Assembly (NCBI GenBank): GCA_965204745.1
Contig: OZ242010.1
Span: forward strand, 3,840,001 to 3,904,000
Source of the DNA: Candidatus Latescibacterota bacterium
GTDB taxonomy: Bacteria; Latescibacterota; UBA2968
Length of the DNA: 64,000 nucleotides
Direction of reading: 5' to 3'
The notes under the pieces were generated by a model. That model had not been told where the DNA came from and searched no databases. It was given only the letters and a program-made list of their open reading frames with translations. The position numbers and the translations under genes were made by a program. Below are positions 1 to 8,896 of the stretch, one piece after another (positions within the stretch are counted from its first letter, which is position 1; each line of letters starts with the position of its first letter).

Positions 1-215
1 CAGTGGTTGTCGATGCCCGCGCCAAGTTGAAAGGCCCGCGCCATCGCGCCAGACGCGCTATCGCACACCCCGATCATAATGCGCGCCAATGTGCCCTTTT
101 GGGCCGGCGCATCCAACCACCCGATGAACAATTTGCCATCGCGCCGAATCAACTTCCCGCTCATGTTGTATCCGGTTCCCCGATCCGATCCCTGCGTCGA
201 AATCAATGTGTTCAC
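1..215 (-). CDS. Partial CDS running off the window start; possible BNR-repeat/beta-propeller protein
   Basis: Manual translation from GTG at 215 after RBS AAAGGAAGG: MNTLISTQGSDRGTGYNMSGKLIRRDGKLFIGWLD...GAGIDNH, open to the edge. Confidence 0.5.
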   Translation of the reverse strand, partial: MNTLISTQGSDRGTGYNMSGKLIRRDGKLFIGWLDAPAQKGTLARIMIGVCDSASGAMARAFQLGAGIDNH

Positions 216-468
216 AACGACCTTCCTTTCTCAAGATAGCGATCACGGCTAAAAAATAAAATCATGCTACGCGGATAAAAGGCGAAAATCACCCCTTGTA
301 ACCGTCTCGTTGACAATTCATTACAAAGATGTGTTAAACCCTTAGCCCACGTCAAAAAAACGCCATCGGCAAATCGCTGATGGCGTTTGTGTTTGTTGGG
401 CGCGCAGGTTGTGTTGCCACATCCTTGAGACAACACACACGCAATATAGCCCAAATTCAACAGGGCAT

Positions 469-831
469 CTACGCTTTCCCAAGTGCGATTGCCTCGCCCG
501 GCTGGCGTTGGTCAATTCGTTCTCCAACAGACGGGATTTCTGCGAGTTCGCCTTGCAAACGCTGTTCTGCATGCCACAGATCGCACGCTTGTTGCATCCG
601 CAACCAAAGTTCTGGCCCATTGCCGACGAGTTTCCCTATTCTGAGTGCCATTTCCGGGGTCAAGGGATGCGTGCAAGCCAAAACGCGATGCAATGCTCGA
701 CGCGAGACCCCGAGGCGTTGCGCCGCTTCGGCAACCGATAAGGCGAGCGATGGCAAGACCTCTTCGCGCAAAATTTCGCCCGGATGAATCGGCACATGCG
801 CCAATAGACGCTTGACGAGATATTCTGTCAT
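469..831 (-). CDS. higA: HigA-family antitoxin / XRE HTH regulator (no HigB partner adjacent)
   Basis: PIHPGEILREE...LSVAEAAQRLGVSR...LTPEMALRIGKLVGNGPELWLRMQ..DLW signature; alternative GTG at 837 overlaps the upstream stop. Confidence 0.88.
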   Translation of the reverse strand: MTEYLVKRLLAHVPIHPGEILREEVLPSLALSVAEAAQRLGVSRRALHRVLACTHPLTPEMALRIGKLVGNGPELWLRMQQACDLWHAEQRLQGELAEIPSVGERIDQRQPGEAIALGKA

Positions 832-833
832 TG

Positions 834-3800
834 TCACCCTAAATGATGCCGCATATCCCACAATCTCTTTCGCAGTTGCTCAAAGGTGTAGAAGCTAAAG
901 CCAATGCCGCGAACCCGCCTGAGTTCGTCAAGGCGTTGAAATGGTCCATTCCGCGTGCGGTAAGCCACGATGTTTTTCGCAACGTCAGGGCGAAGGTCGA
1001 GCCTGTCCGCAAGCACTTTTGCACTTTCACTATTGATAAAGCGCAAGGCAGATTGTCCAATTTGTTCGGTTTGGGTGGCTTGTTCGTCGCTAATTTTGGC
1101 TTCTCTGTGGGCAGTGACCACATTGCTACTCAAACGATGCCGCATATCCCACAATCTCTTTCGCAGTTGCTCAAAGGTGTAGAAGCCGATGCCGCGAACC
1201 CGCCTGAGTTCGTCAAGGCGTTGAAACTGCCCGTTCTGTGTGCGGTAGGCCACGATTTTTTTCGCAACGTCAGGGCTGCGGAGCTTTCCAAACTCGTCTG
1301 CAAGCGAATCCGCGCTTGCACTATTGATGAATTGCAAGGCAGATTGTTCAAATTGTTCGGTGGCGGATTGGGTGGCTTGTTCGTCGCTAATTTTGGCTTC
1401 TCTGTGGGCAGTGACCACATTGCTACTCGCTGGTAGTTCCGGGTTCTCAAAGCGAGGTTTGTCCGTTCTTTTTGGGGGTTGCGAATGTTCTTGGGGCAGA
1501 GCAGATGGTTTTTCAGGCTGTTCAGCGGTGGTCGGGATGTATTTCCCACCTTTGATAGAACCTTGCCGTTTCACCGCTGATCCCTTGTTGCTTGGCGGTG
1601 GCGAGGCTTGTTCGGACTTCGGGGCAGGGGCAGATGACAGACGGGTCATTGCTTCGTTGCCCTGCGGTCGCAATGACCAAAAAACTTCATCAACCGCTTT
1701 GAGCATCTCTTTTTTAATTTTCTCCATCTTGGCCTTAATTGGGGTAAAATCCCTTTCTTGAGAATTTTTGATATTGTCAATTTTTTCTGATAGGACATCC
1801 TGTTCATCAAGAGGAATCTTAGTAGAAAGTATCTCGAGATCGAGAGAATTGAGTTCTTTCATCAATAATTCAGCGGTGTGCTCGTCTTTGCGAATCGCAT
1901 CCTCGTACATTGCAAAAACGCTTTCAATCCCCCCTCTCAATTCAGTCTCAATCTCCTCTTTCGGCTGATTTTCCCTGCGGAAAAAGTCATGCAAAGACAC
2001 CCCATCCTCATCAAACGAGTATTCCTTGCCGCGGATGGCACTGTACGCGCTGATTCCCACAGGCTCAATGTCCACATCCTCAAGCGTCTCCTTTACCTCA
2101 TCCAAAATATCTTTTAAGTCGCTTGGACTTTTGAGATCTGCCTTGTTCAAAACCACGTAAAACGGCAATCCGTTCAGTTCCAGATCTTCTATGAAATCGA
2201 GATCGTCCTGTGGAATGGTACCGGTGGCGTCCAACCCAATCATCCAGATCAGGGCATCCCGGTCTTTTAGAACCTCGGCGGCGGTTTTCCTGTCCTCGCC
2301 GGTATTCCCTCCGGCCGGGTTGTAGCCCGGCGTGTCTATCAGACAGATATTTTCAAACAGACCTTCGTCTAAAGGGACTTCCACAGTAATATAAGGCATG
2401 TGGTCTTTGAGCTTAAAGGAAAATGACTCGACGAACCTGTGGGACAGTTGGCTGTAAAGGTCAGGCGCGATATCCACTGTGGCCCCGTCACGGGAGAATC
2501 CCTTGATAGAAACCTCGGGATTGGAGATCACAAAAGAGGGGATGGCTGTGGCGGGTTCGATGCCAACGGGCATTTTCACGTCTGGCTTTTTGATAAAGCT
2601 ATTGACGAACTCGGACTTGCCACTGCTGAAGCCCCCACCAATGGCAATGGATTTCTTCATGAAAGTGTGGGGGAAGGCCACGATCTCTTCCAAGCGTTTC
2701 TCGAGAGATTGCAATTTTTGCACGGCATCCGCCTCGTCGGCCAGCGAGGATTCCTCATTGGCAAAGTCCATAAACTCCTTGTCAAAGAGTTTCTTGAATT
2801 TCACAAATGCCTCATTTTCACTGGATTTGGGAGTAAGCAGGTCGGAGACCAATTTGTATTTCTGATCCAACTCATCGAAGTTGTGACGCGCTTTGGTCAA
2901 ATCGGTCTCTGTTTGATCGTGCTCCTCGCGCAACGCATTGTGCTCCTCATGCAACGCATTGAGGGCGTCCGTTTTCTCGGCATGTTTTTCGCGCTCTTCG
3001 GTCAGGGCCGTCGTTGTCTGGTTGTGTTCCTCCAACAATTTGGGCCAATCTGTCTGCATGTATTCCTCATGCAGTGAGTTGTATTTTTTTTGTTCATCGC
3101 GCAACTCGGCCTTTGTTTGCTCGTGTTCTGCACGCGCTTCGTCCAAGGCGGTCGTTGCACGCTCCAATTCCATTGTTGTCCGCTCGTGTTTTGCATGCAA
3201 CTGTTGAAGGTCATGCTGGGCCTTGTCTAAGGCGGCTGTTACGCGCTCGTGTTCTGCACGCGCTTCGTCCAAGGCCCCAGTTTTGCGATTCAAATCCGCC
3301 GTTGTCTGTTCGTGCGCTTTTTGCAACTGCTGAACGCGATGCCGGGCCTGCTCTAAATCGGTTGCTGTCCGATCATTCTTTTCCGTTAGGGCACCATGCG
3401 CTTTTTGCAACTGCTGAAAACGATGCCGTGAGTTGTCCAAGGCGGCCTTTGTCTGAGCGTGTTCTGCACGCGCTTCGCCCAAGGCCCCGGTTTTGCGATT
3501 CAAATCGACCGTTGTCTGCTCGTGCGCTTTTTGCAACTGCTGAACGCGATGCCGGGCCTGCTCTAAATCGGTTGCTGTCCGATCATTCTTTTCAGTTAGG
3601 GCACCATGCGCGGTTTGCAACTGCTGAAAACGATGCCGCGAGTTGTCCAAGGCGGTCTTTGTCTGAGCGTGTTCTGCATGCGCTTCGCCCAAGGCCCCGG
3701 TTTTGCGATTCAAATCGGCCGTTGTCTGTTCGTGCGCGGTTTGCAACTTTGCCAAATTTTTGGTCGCACGCTCGTATGCTACACGCAACTTCTGATAGAC

Positions 3801-3845
3801 TGGCCGATTTTGAATAAATTTTTCCCAAAGAGATTTCAGACTCAT
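834..3845 (-). CDS. Dynamin-like GTPase with N-terminal repetitive coiled coil and two C-terminal ComEA-like helix-hairpin-helix modules
   Basis: G1 GGGFSSGKS, G3 DTPG, G4 NKAD; twice AKxIVAYRTxNGxFQRLDELRRVRGIG; start overlaps upstream stop (ATGA). Confidence 0.85.
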   Translation of the reverse strand: MSLKSLWEKFIQNRPVYQKLRVAYERATKNLAKLQTAHEQTTADLNRKTGALGEAHAEHAQTKTALDNSRHRFQQLQTAHGALTEKNDRTATDLEQARHRVQQLQKAHEQTTVDLNRKTGALGEARAEHAQTKAALDNSRHRFQQLQKAHGALTEKNDRTATDLEQARHRVQQLQKAHEQTTADLNRKTGALDEARAEHERVTAALDKAQHDLQQLHAKHERTTMELERATTALDEARAEHEQTKAELRDEQKKYNSLHEEYMQTDWPKLLEEHNQTTTALTEEREKHAEKTDALNALHEEHNALREEHDQTETDLTKARHNFDELDQKYKLVSDLLTPKSSENEAFVKFKKLFDKEFMDFANEESSLADEADAVQKLQSLEKRLEEIVAFPHTFMKKSIAIGGGFSSGKSEFVNSFIKKPDVKMPVGIEPATAIPSFVISNPEVSIKGFSRDGATVDIAPDLYSQLSHRFVESFSFKLKDHMPYITVEVPLDEGLFENICLIDTPGYNPAGGNTGEDRKTAAEVLKDRDALIWMIGLDATGTIPQDDLDFIEDLELNGLPFYVVLNKADLKSPSDLKDILDEVKETLEDVDIEPVGISAYSAIRGKEYSFDEDGVSLHDFFRRENQPKEEIETELRGGIESVFAMYEDAIRKDEHTAELLMKELNSLDLEILSTKIPLDEQDVLSEKIDNIKNSQERDFTPIKAKMEKIKKEMLKAVDEVFWSLRPQGNEAMTRLSSAPAPKSEQASPPPSNKGSAVKRQGSIKGGKYIPTTAEQPEKPSALPQEHSQPPKRTDKPRFENPELPASSNVVTAHREAKISDEQATQSATEQFEQSALQFINSASADSLADEFGKLRSPDVAKKIVAYRTQNGQFQRLDELRRVRGIGFYTFEQLRKRLWDMRHRLSSNVVTAHREAKISDEQATQTEQIGQSALRFINSESAKVLADRLDLRPDVAKNIVAYRTRNGPFQRLDELRRVRGIGFSFYTFEQLRKRLWDMRHHLG
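843..1428 (-). repeat. Tandem duplication (~300 bp unit) encoding the two HhH modules
   Basis: Near-identical blocks ~843-1128 and ~1137-1428; SSNVVTAHREAKISDEQATQ...LWDMRH occurs twice. Confidence 0.9.
3245..3750 (-). repeat. 210-bp (70-aa) tandem repeat in the coiled coil, about 2.5 copies
   Basis: cgatgccgYgagttgtccaagg at 3421 and 3631; QQLQKAHEQTTxDLNRKTGAL repeated. Confidence 0.9.
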
Positions 3846-6070
3846 GGGTTCACCTCCACTTTTTTCAATTCATCCTTGAGGCGGCTGATTCGCTTCAATT
3901 CCATTTCCTTGTTTTCAATGGATTTCTCAAGCGCGTCAAGTTCCTTTTTCGTGCGCTCTAGAAGTTGCTCATCCAACCGAACTCTCTTCATTTCTGCGGT
4001 GAGACTTCTCGTGTACTCTTTTATTTTTGTATTAAATTCATTGTAAAGTGTGAAGCGAAGGTATTCGTCCGCCTCCTGAGCAAATTTTTCCGCCTTTTTG
4101 CCCTTCAACACGCCTTGGGGTCTTAAGGACTTTGGCAGTGAGGGGCCAAACGTATCGTCAGGAAGGGATATGTCGGCGACAGCATTCCTGATGACCCGCC
4201 TGATCATCGAGGCTTCCAAACTCTCATCATCAAAGTGTTCCTGCAAAATTTTGGCCATCTCCTTGATGAGTTCATTCCGCCACTCAGTCTTTTTATTTTC
4301 TGCTATGGTTTTGAACTCTCTACCGATATCACTGGCAAACAGCGACAGGTCATGAGAAACGGCATTGGTGCGAATGGTCTTACTGGTTTCACTATACTGT
4401 TCGTAACCACCTCCAAACCATCTGGCAATCCCTGCAAAAACCCCTCTCTTTTTACGCTCTTTGGTTTCAGTCACTTCGCCTATCGCACTCTCGATATTTT
4501 TGCTTAACGCCTGTTTTTGTCTGTCGAGTTCTCCCCGAAGTTCCCGATTCAGCGAGTTTGTGCGCTGTGTCACCGATTCCTCGTAATCCAATTTGATGTC
4601 CCATGAAGCATCATTGAGAGCCTTTGTCAATGTTGCGCGCTGTGCCTTGATTTTTCCAATATCCGTACGTTTGATTTCGGACTGCCGCTCGTCGGCAAAC
4701 GCGAGCAGGCCATCCTTCAAGGCGTGCAGAGACTGGCGTTTGGCGTGGATGTACTCCATCCGCCTTTGCGTGATGATGTCGTCCTTTTTCGCGCGCACCG
4801 TCGAGACGATGTTTTGGATGGTCAAGATGTTGGACAACTTGTTCAAATTGACGCCCGACAAGCGCGCGTCCGCATCGGAGAAATAGTCTGGATAATCGTA
4901 CAGCAGATTGCCCCAAGCGTTCTGCATCCCCTCGTCCCACTTCTCCCGTTGTCCAAAAAGTTGCTTCAGGCTTTCGCACATTCCCGACGAGTAAATGATC
5001 TTGCTCTGGCCTTCGAGCAACTGATCGTAGGTATCGCCCACTTCGGGATTGTTATCTTTCAAATCCGCGATAACCTTGCTCAATTGGTCTCCAAGCACCC
5101 TGGTGAGACTCTCCAACACGCGATCCAACTGCCCGCCGTTCTCATCCTTCAGATTGCCGAAAAGCTGGGTATCTGCTTGGGCCGCCACGACAAACAGTTC
5201 CCGGATGCCTTCCTTACTGGTGATTCGGTCCATCAATTCCAAATCCACAGTATTCAAAAACTGCCCCGACGGACTGAGAACCAACACCACATCGCATTGG
5301 TTCAAGTGTTCTCGCGTCCGCTCCTCGCGGGACTGCACCGGGTCGTTGATGCCCGGCGTATCCACGATTTCTATGTCCTTCAGATTTTCTTGGGGAAGCC
5401 GAATGTTGACGCTTTTGGTAAAGGGCATGTACCTGCCATCCGCGCCGACATACGCCTCTAATTGAGCCTGCAAATCAGAATCACTGCCGAACTCGAGAAG
5501 GCGATTCTCGGTCAAGGATTCCCCGGTAGCCTCCATTTTCTCGTATTGTTCATGCGCGGCAGAGAGTTCGACATTCTCCCGCATCTCCCGATTGGCCCTG
5601 CTTTTCGCCCGCTCCTCTGGGGATCGAGATCGGGTTTTTCTCTGCTGTTCTTGCGCTAGGGCTGTCCTGTACCGGTCGTCCCATTGCCTGTTGTACTCGT
5701 CGTAATTCGCCTTGATATTCTCAATGTCGGCTTGGGTAAAAAATTCCACTTCCGCGGACGGGGTTTTGCCATGCGAAAGCGTGGTCAAGGCCGCGGTCAT
5801 CGGCGTAGCGGCCTTGGGGAGAATGCTTTGCCCGTCAAAGATGAGGGCGTTCAGCAACGAGGATTTCCCGGATTTGACCCGGCCCAAGATGCCGATCTTC
5901 AGCAGACGACCTTCAGTGGCAATCGACTCCAAATCCGTTTGCAAGTTCTCGCTCGTGGGAACGCTGTGTTCCCGACAGATGCGTTGGGCCTCGTCCCCGA
6001 GAAAATCGTGGTAACGGCCCGTGACACCTTCCAACTTTTCCCTGAAAGCGACAATTCCATTCTGATTCAT
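3842..6070 (-). CDS. Dynamin-like GTPase (Leo/Eleos-like, ~742 aa); native RBS displaced by IS701
   Basis: GRVKSGKSS, KAATPMTAALT, DTPGINDP; true start MNQNGI at 6070 lies within the IS target duplication. Confidence 0.88.
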   Translation of the reverse strand: MNQNGIVAFREKLEGVTGRYHDFLGDEAQRICREHSVPTSENLQTDLESIATEGRLLKIGILGRVKSGKSSLLNALIFDGQSILPKAATPMTAALTTLSHGKTPSAEVEFFTQADIENIKANYDEYNRQWDDRYRTALAQEQQRKTRSRSPEERAKSRANREMRENVELSAAHEQYEKMEATGESLTENRLLEFGSDSDLQAQLEAYVGADGRYMPFTKSVNIRLPQENLKDIEIVDTPGINDPVQSREERTREHLNQCDVVLVLSPSGQFLNTVDLELMDRITSKEGIRELFVVAAQADTQLFGNLKDENGGQLDRVLESLTRVLGDQLSKVIADLKDNNPEVGDTYDQLLEGQSKIIYSSGMCESLKQLFGQREKWDEGMQNAWGNLLYDYPDYFSDADARLSGVNLNKLSNILTIQNIVSTVRAKKDDIITQRRMEYIHAKRQSLHALKDGLLAFADERQSEIKRTDIGKIKAQRATLTKALNDASWDIKLDYEESVTQRTNSLNRELRGELDRQKQALSKNIESAIGEVTETKERKKRGVFAGIARWFGGGYEQYSETSKTIRTNAVSHDLSLFASDIGREFKTIAENKKTEWRNELIKEMAKILQEHFDDESLEASMIRRVIRNAVADISLPDDTFGPSLPKSLRPQGVLKGKKAEKFAQEADEYLRFTLYNEFNTKIKEYTRSLTAEMKRVRLDEQLLERTKKELDALEKSIENKEMELKRISRLKDELKKVEVNP

Positions 6071-6071
6071 G

Positions 6072-7151
6072 TAGGACTTACGCAAAAAAGAACAGGATCG
6101 AACCCCCATCCTCACTTTGGAGGTCTGTATGGCGAAACCAACGCGCTTGGATTACTGCCAGTATCTGCTTAGCAGTCCGCTCAATTATACCCTGACTCAT
6201 TTCGCAGATCACAGCGACCGGTTCACGCATGATATGCTCAACCGCTATCTGGGTGGGGATCGCGTCTCGCCGCGTGTGATCTGGAAAAACGTCAAACCCC
6301 ACCTCACGTCGACCGCAAAGGGCGTAATTCTCTTTGATGACACGGTCTTAGATAAGCGCTATGCCAAAAAGATGGCTCTCGTGCGTCGGCAATACAGTGG
6401 CAATGCGAAGGGGGTCATCTCGGGGATCGGTGTGGTGACGTGTGTGTATGTCAATCCGATTCAAGATCGGTTTTGGCTGATTGACTATCGCATTTACGAT
6501 CCGCAAGGGGATGGAAAAACCAAGTTAGACCACGTCAAAGAGATGTTGTCACTCTTGGTCTATCACAAAAAACTGCCTTTTGAGCGAGTGGTGATGGATA
6601 CTTGGTATGCCACCAAAGCGGTCATGCTTCACATTGAGCACTTGCAAAAGACCTATTACTGTCCTATCAAAAAGAATCGCCTCGTGGACGATTCGTCAGG
6701 TGAAAACCCCTATCAACGGGTCGATGCCTTAACTTGGACAAAACGCGAACAGGCCACAGGAAAACGCATGAAACTCAGAGGGTTCCCTAAAAACCACAAG
6801 GTGAACGTATTCCGGGTCGCGTCTGCGACGAGACGCACGGCGTATATCGTAACCAACGACTTGACTCAAACCGACCCGTCAGTGGCACAAGCGGTGTGCC
6901 ACTTGCGTTGGAAGATTGAGCAAGTTCACCGGGAAGCAAAACAGGTAACGGGGCTTGAAAAGTGTCAATGCCGATTGGCACGCATTGTGCGAAACCACAT
7001 CGCGTGTGCCTTTCTCGTTTGGGGACGACTGACCCAAGTCGCCTATCAGACTGGACAAACCATCTATCAAGTCAAACATGGCTTATGGGAGGATTATTTG
7101 AGACAACAACTCAAAACACCGGCGATACCAATGACCCTGGCGTAAGTCCTA
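6072..7151 (+). mobile_element. IS701-family element, copy 1
   Basis: TIRs TAGGACTTACGC / GCGTAAGTCCTA; 5-bp TSD TCATG at 6067-6071 and 7152-7156. Confidence 0.92.
6129..7145 (+). CDS. IS701-family DDE transposase
   Basis: FDDTVLDK, RRQYSG, MDTWY, RWKIEQVHREAKQVTG. Confidence 0.9.
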   Translation: MAKPTRLDYCQYLLSSPLNYTLTHFADHSDRFTHDMLNRYLGGDRVSPRVIWKNVKPHLTSTAKGVILFDDTVLDKRYAKKMALVRRQYSGNAKGVISGIGVVTCVYVNPIQDRFWLIDYRIYDPQGDGKTKLDHVKEMLSLLVYHKKLPFERVVMDTWYATKAVMLHIEHLQKTYYCPIKKNRLVDDSSGENPYQRVDALTWTKREQATGKRMKLRGFPKNHKVNVFRVASATRRTAYIVTNDLTQTDPSVAQAVCHLRWKIEQVHREAKQVTGLEKCQCRLARIVRNHIACAFLVWGRLTQVAYQTGQTIYQVKHGLWEDYLRQQLKTPAIPMTLA

Positions 7152-7259
7152 TCATGTTCGTTCTCCTTGTAAGGCGGTAAGAGGTAAGGCGGGAGACGGG
7201 AGAGGTGAGACAACCCCGCCCAACGCCTAAGTGGTCAGCGGAAGTTTAGCCACAAAAAC

Positions 7260-8444
7260 GGCGTTGTTGCATAAATGTTGTCGTGGCGAAGTTCGTCCCT
7301 TTCCCGCGAGATTTAAGCCCCTCTTTCTATGGGATAGGACACGGGTTTCGCGATCCTCATCATGCGATTGAGCACCGCACATCCCAACCGCGCTTCCGTT
7401 TCTTGGTTCTTCTGACTTCGTGCGCGCAACTGCCGTCCAATGAGTTGCTTGTAGCGGCATAGTTGGGTTTCAACGACCGAGCGACGATGATAGCCACTGG
7501 TGCGTTTCCACTTTCGGCGGCCTTGACGCCGGATGGCTCGGATGATTTCATCGCGGGCGAGGGGAGGTGCCTTCCTGTTTCCGTGTTGTTCAATTTTGGC
7601 ATCATGGCGCGGGGGAAGAAGAGGTCGGATGGGGGCTCCTTGTTTGGGGGCGGCGCATGTGTTGAAGACCTTGCGTTTGTCATAGCCGCCATCGGCACCC
7701 ATCGTATGGACAGGGGCCAGGACTTGATCGAGCAAGGGGTTGACCTGCCAAGCGTCATCAACGCTTGCCGAAGTCAGGGTCTGTGCGACAATCTCCCCGG
7801 TGGCCTCATCGACGCCGATGTGCAATTTGCGCCAAGTCCGGCGCTTGTAAAAGCCGTGTTGACGCACCTTCCATTCCCCTTCGCCATACACTTTCAGGCC
7901 GGTGGAATCCACCACTAAATGGATCGGCGCATGACGGGATTGGACAGGTAAATCCACGTTCAAATCGCCCTGTCGCCGGCAGAGGGTCGTGTGATCGGGC
8001 ACGCGCAAAGCCACCCCCATCAACGCCAGGATGGACGTGAGAAACCCCTCGGTTTGACGCAGGGGCAAGGCAGAGACCAAGCGCAACATCAATGCCGTTT
8101 GAATAGCCAAATCTGAAAAGGTGTTTTGCCGCCCCCGTTGCGTTGGCCCTTGATGGTACCACCCCCGAAGGGCTTGCGGCGTGATCCAAAACGTCAGACT
8201 GCCCCGCTGCTTGAGACCGGCCTCGTAGGCCGCCCAGTTCCGAACCCGATAGACAGGCGCACAGCGCGGGCGACGCGGGCGACGCGGGGACTTGACAGCG
8301 GTCTTGGAAGCGGTTATCTTGGGCATGACAGGTTCCTGGTGAGAAAGGGTGAGTGGTTTCGATGATCTATATGCCCAATCTACGAAGGAGCCTGTCTTTT
8401 TGCAATCCCAACTTGCAGGTAATTGCTATTTATGCAACAAAGCC
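7260..8444 (-). mobile_element. IS5-family (IS903 group) element
   Basis: TIRs GGCGTTGTTGCATAAA / TTTATGCAACAAAGCC; 9-bp TSD CACAAAAAC at 7251-7259 and 8445-8453. Confidence 0.93.
7313..8326 (-). CDS. IS5/IS903-group transposase
   Basis: YRVRNWAAYEAGLKQRGSLTFW, VDSTGLKVYGEGEW, ADGGYD, GYHRRSVVET. Confidence 0.93.
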   Translation of the reverse strand: MPKITASKTAVKSPRRPRRPRCAPVYRVRNWAAYEAGLKQRGSLTFWITPQALRGWYHQGPTQRGRQNTFSDLAIQTALMLRLVSALPLRQTEGFLTSILALMGVALRVPDHTTLCRRQGDLNVDLPVQSRHAPIHLVVDSTGLKVYGEGEWKVRQHGFYKRRTWRKLHIGVDEATGEIVAQTLTSASVDDAWQVNPLLDQVLAPVHTMGADGGYDKRKVFNTCAAPKQGAPIRPLLPPRHDAKIEQHGNRKAPPLARDEIIRAIRRQGRRKWKRTSGYHRRSVVETQLCRYKQLIGRQLRARSQKNQETEARLGCAVLNRMMRIAKPVSYPIERGA

Positions 8445-8533
8445 CACAAAAACACAAAAAACACAAGCGGGGTACAACTGGCGATAGGCCGTTCAAAGAC
8501 ACAATCGGAGACTATCTCCCCTTCCCGAATCGG

Positions 8534-8876
8534 GGTGAAAGTCTTGTAGTTAATTTGTTGGTCATTGTTGATTGTTTGGTGTATGTTTTGTGTCGTATTT
8601 GTTCTTTGAAAAGTGAAGCGGGATAGGCCGTTGCTGATAAAGACATGTCTGCGACAGCGACAACCAAGCGGCAGACCTAAAATCTCCTATCAGCATAAAA
8701 TCCACAGGAAGAATAGTAAATAATAGACTATTCACTTGCGCGGCTAGCTTGACCGAGCAAGTAAAAAACGGACATGGAGGTGCTGTAAGACGGACAAGAG
8801 GTTGTATGTGCTTGGACGCTGGCCTGATGAAGCGTCAATTTCAGTTGGTCAACAATGATCAACAAGAAAGGAGCGG
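8534..8876 (+). mobile_element. Non-autonomous IS607-type mini-element (no tnpA/tnpB) carrying an omegaRNA scaffold
   Basis: Ends in AAGGAGCGG like the tnpB element; inverted subterminal TTGTTG(G/A)TCATTGTTG at both ends; removal at GG restores hairpin TCTCCCC..GGGGAGA. Confidence 0.72.
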
Positions 8877-8896
8877 AGAGCCTATTGTTCAAAAAG
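8739..8896 (+). ncRNA. Putative TnpB omegaRNA (scaffold to 8876 plus ~20-nt flanking guide)
   Basis: 8765-8838 aligns with 63442-63515: AAAACGGACRTGGAGRTGCYGTAAGACGGACAMGAGGTTGTAWGTGCKTGGACGC...TGAAGCGTCAAT. Confidence 0.65.

Noticed and set aside
6071-6115. N-terminal extension MRMGVRSCSFLRKSY of the 757-aa ORF
   Set aside because: Lies inside the IS701 end; the native start is 6070
8839-8860. omegaRNA guide starting after TCAA and targeting the ACTGACA heptamers
   Set aside because: Match is only partial, and the shared AAGGAGCGG terminus plus the restored empty-site hairpin put the end at 8876
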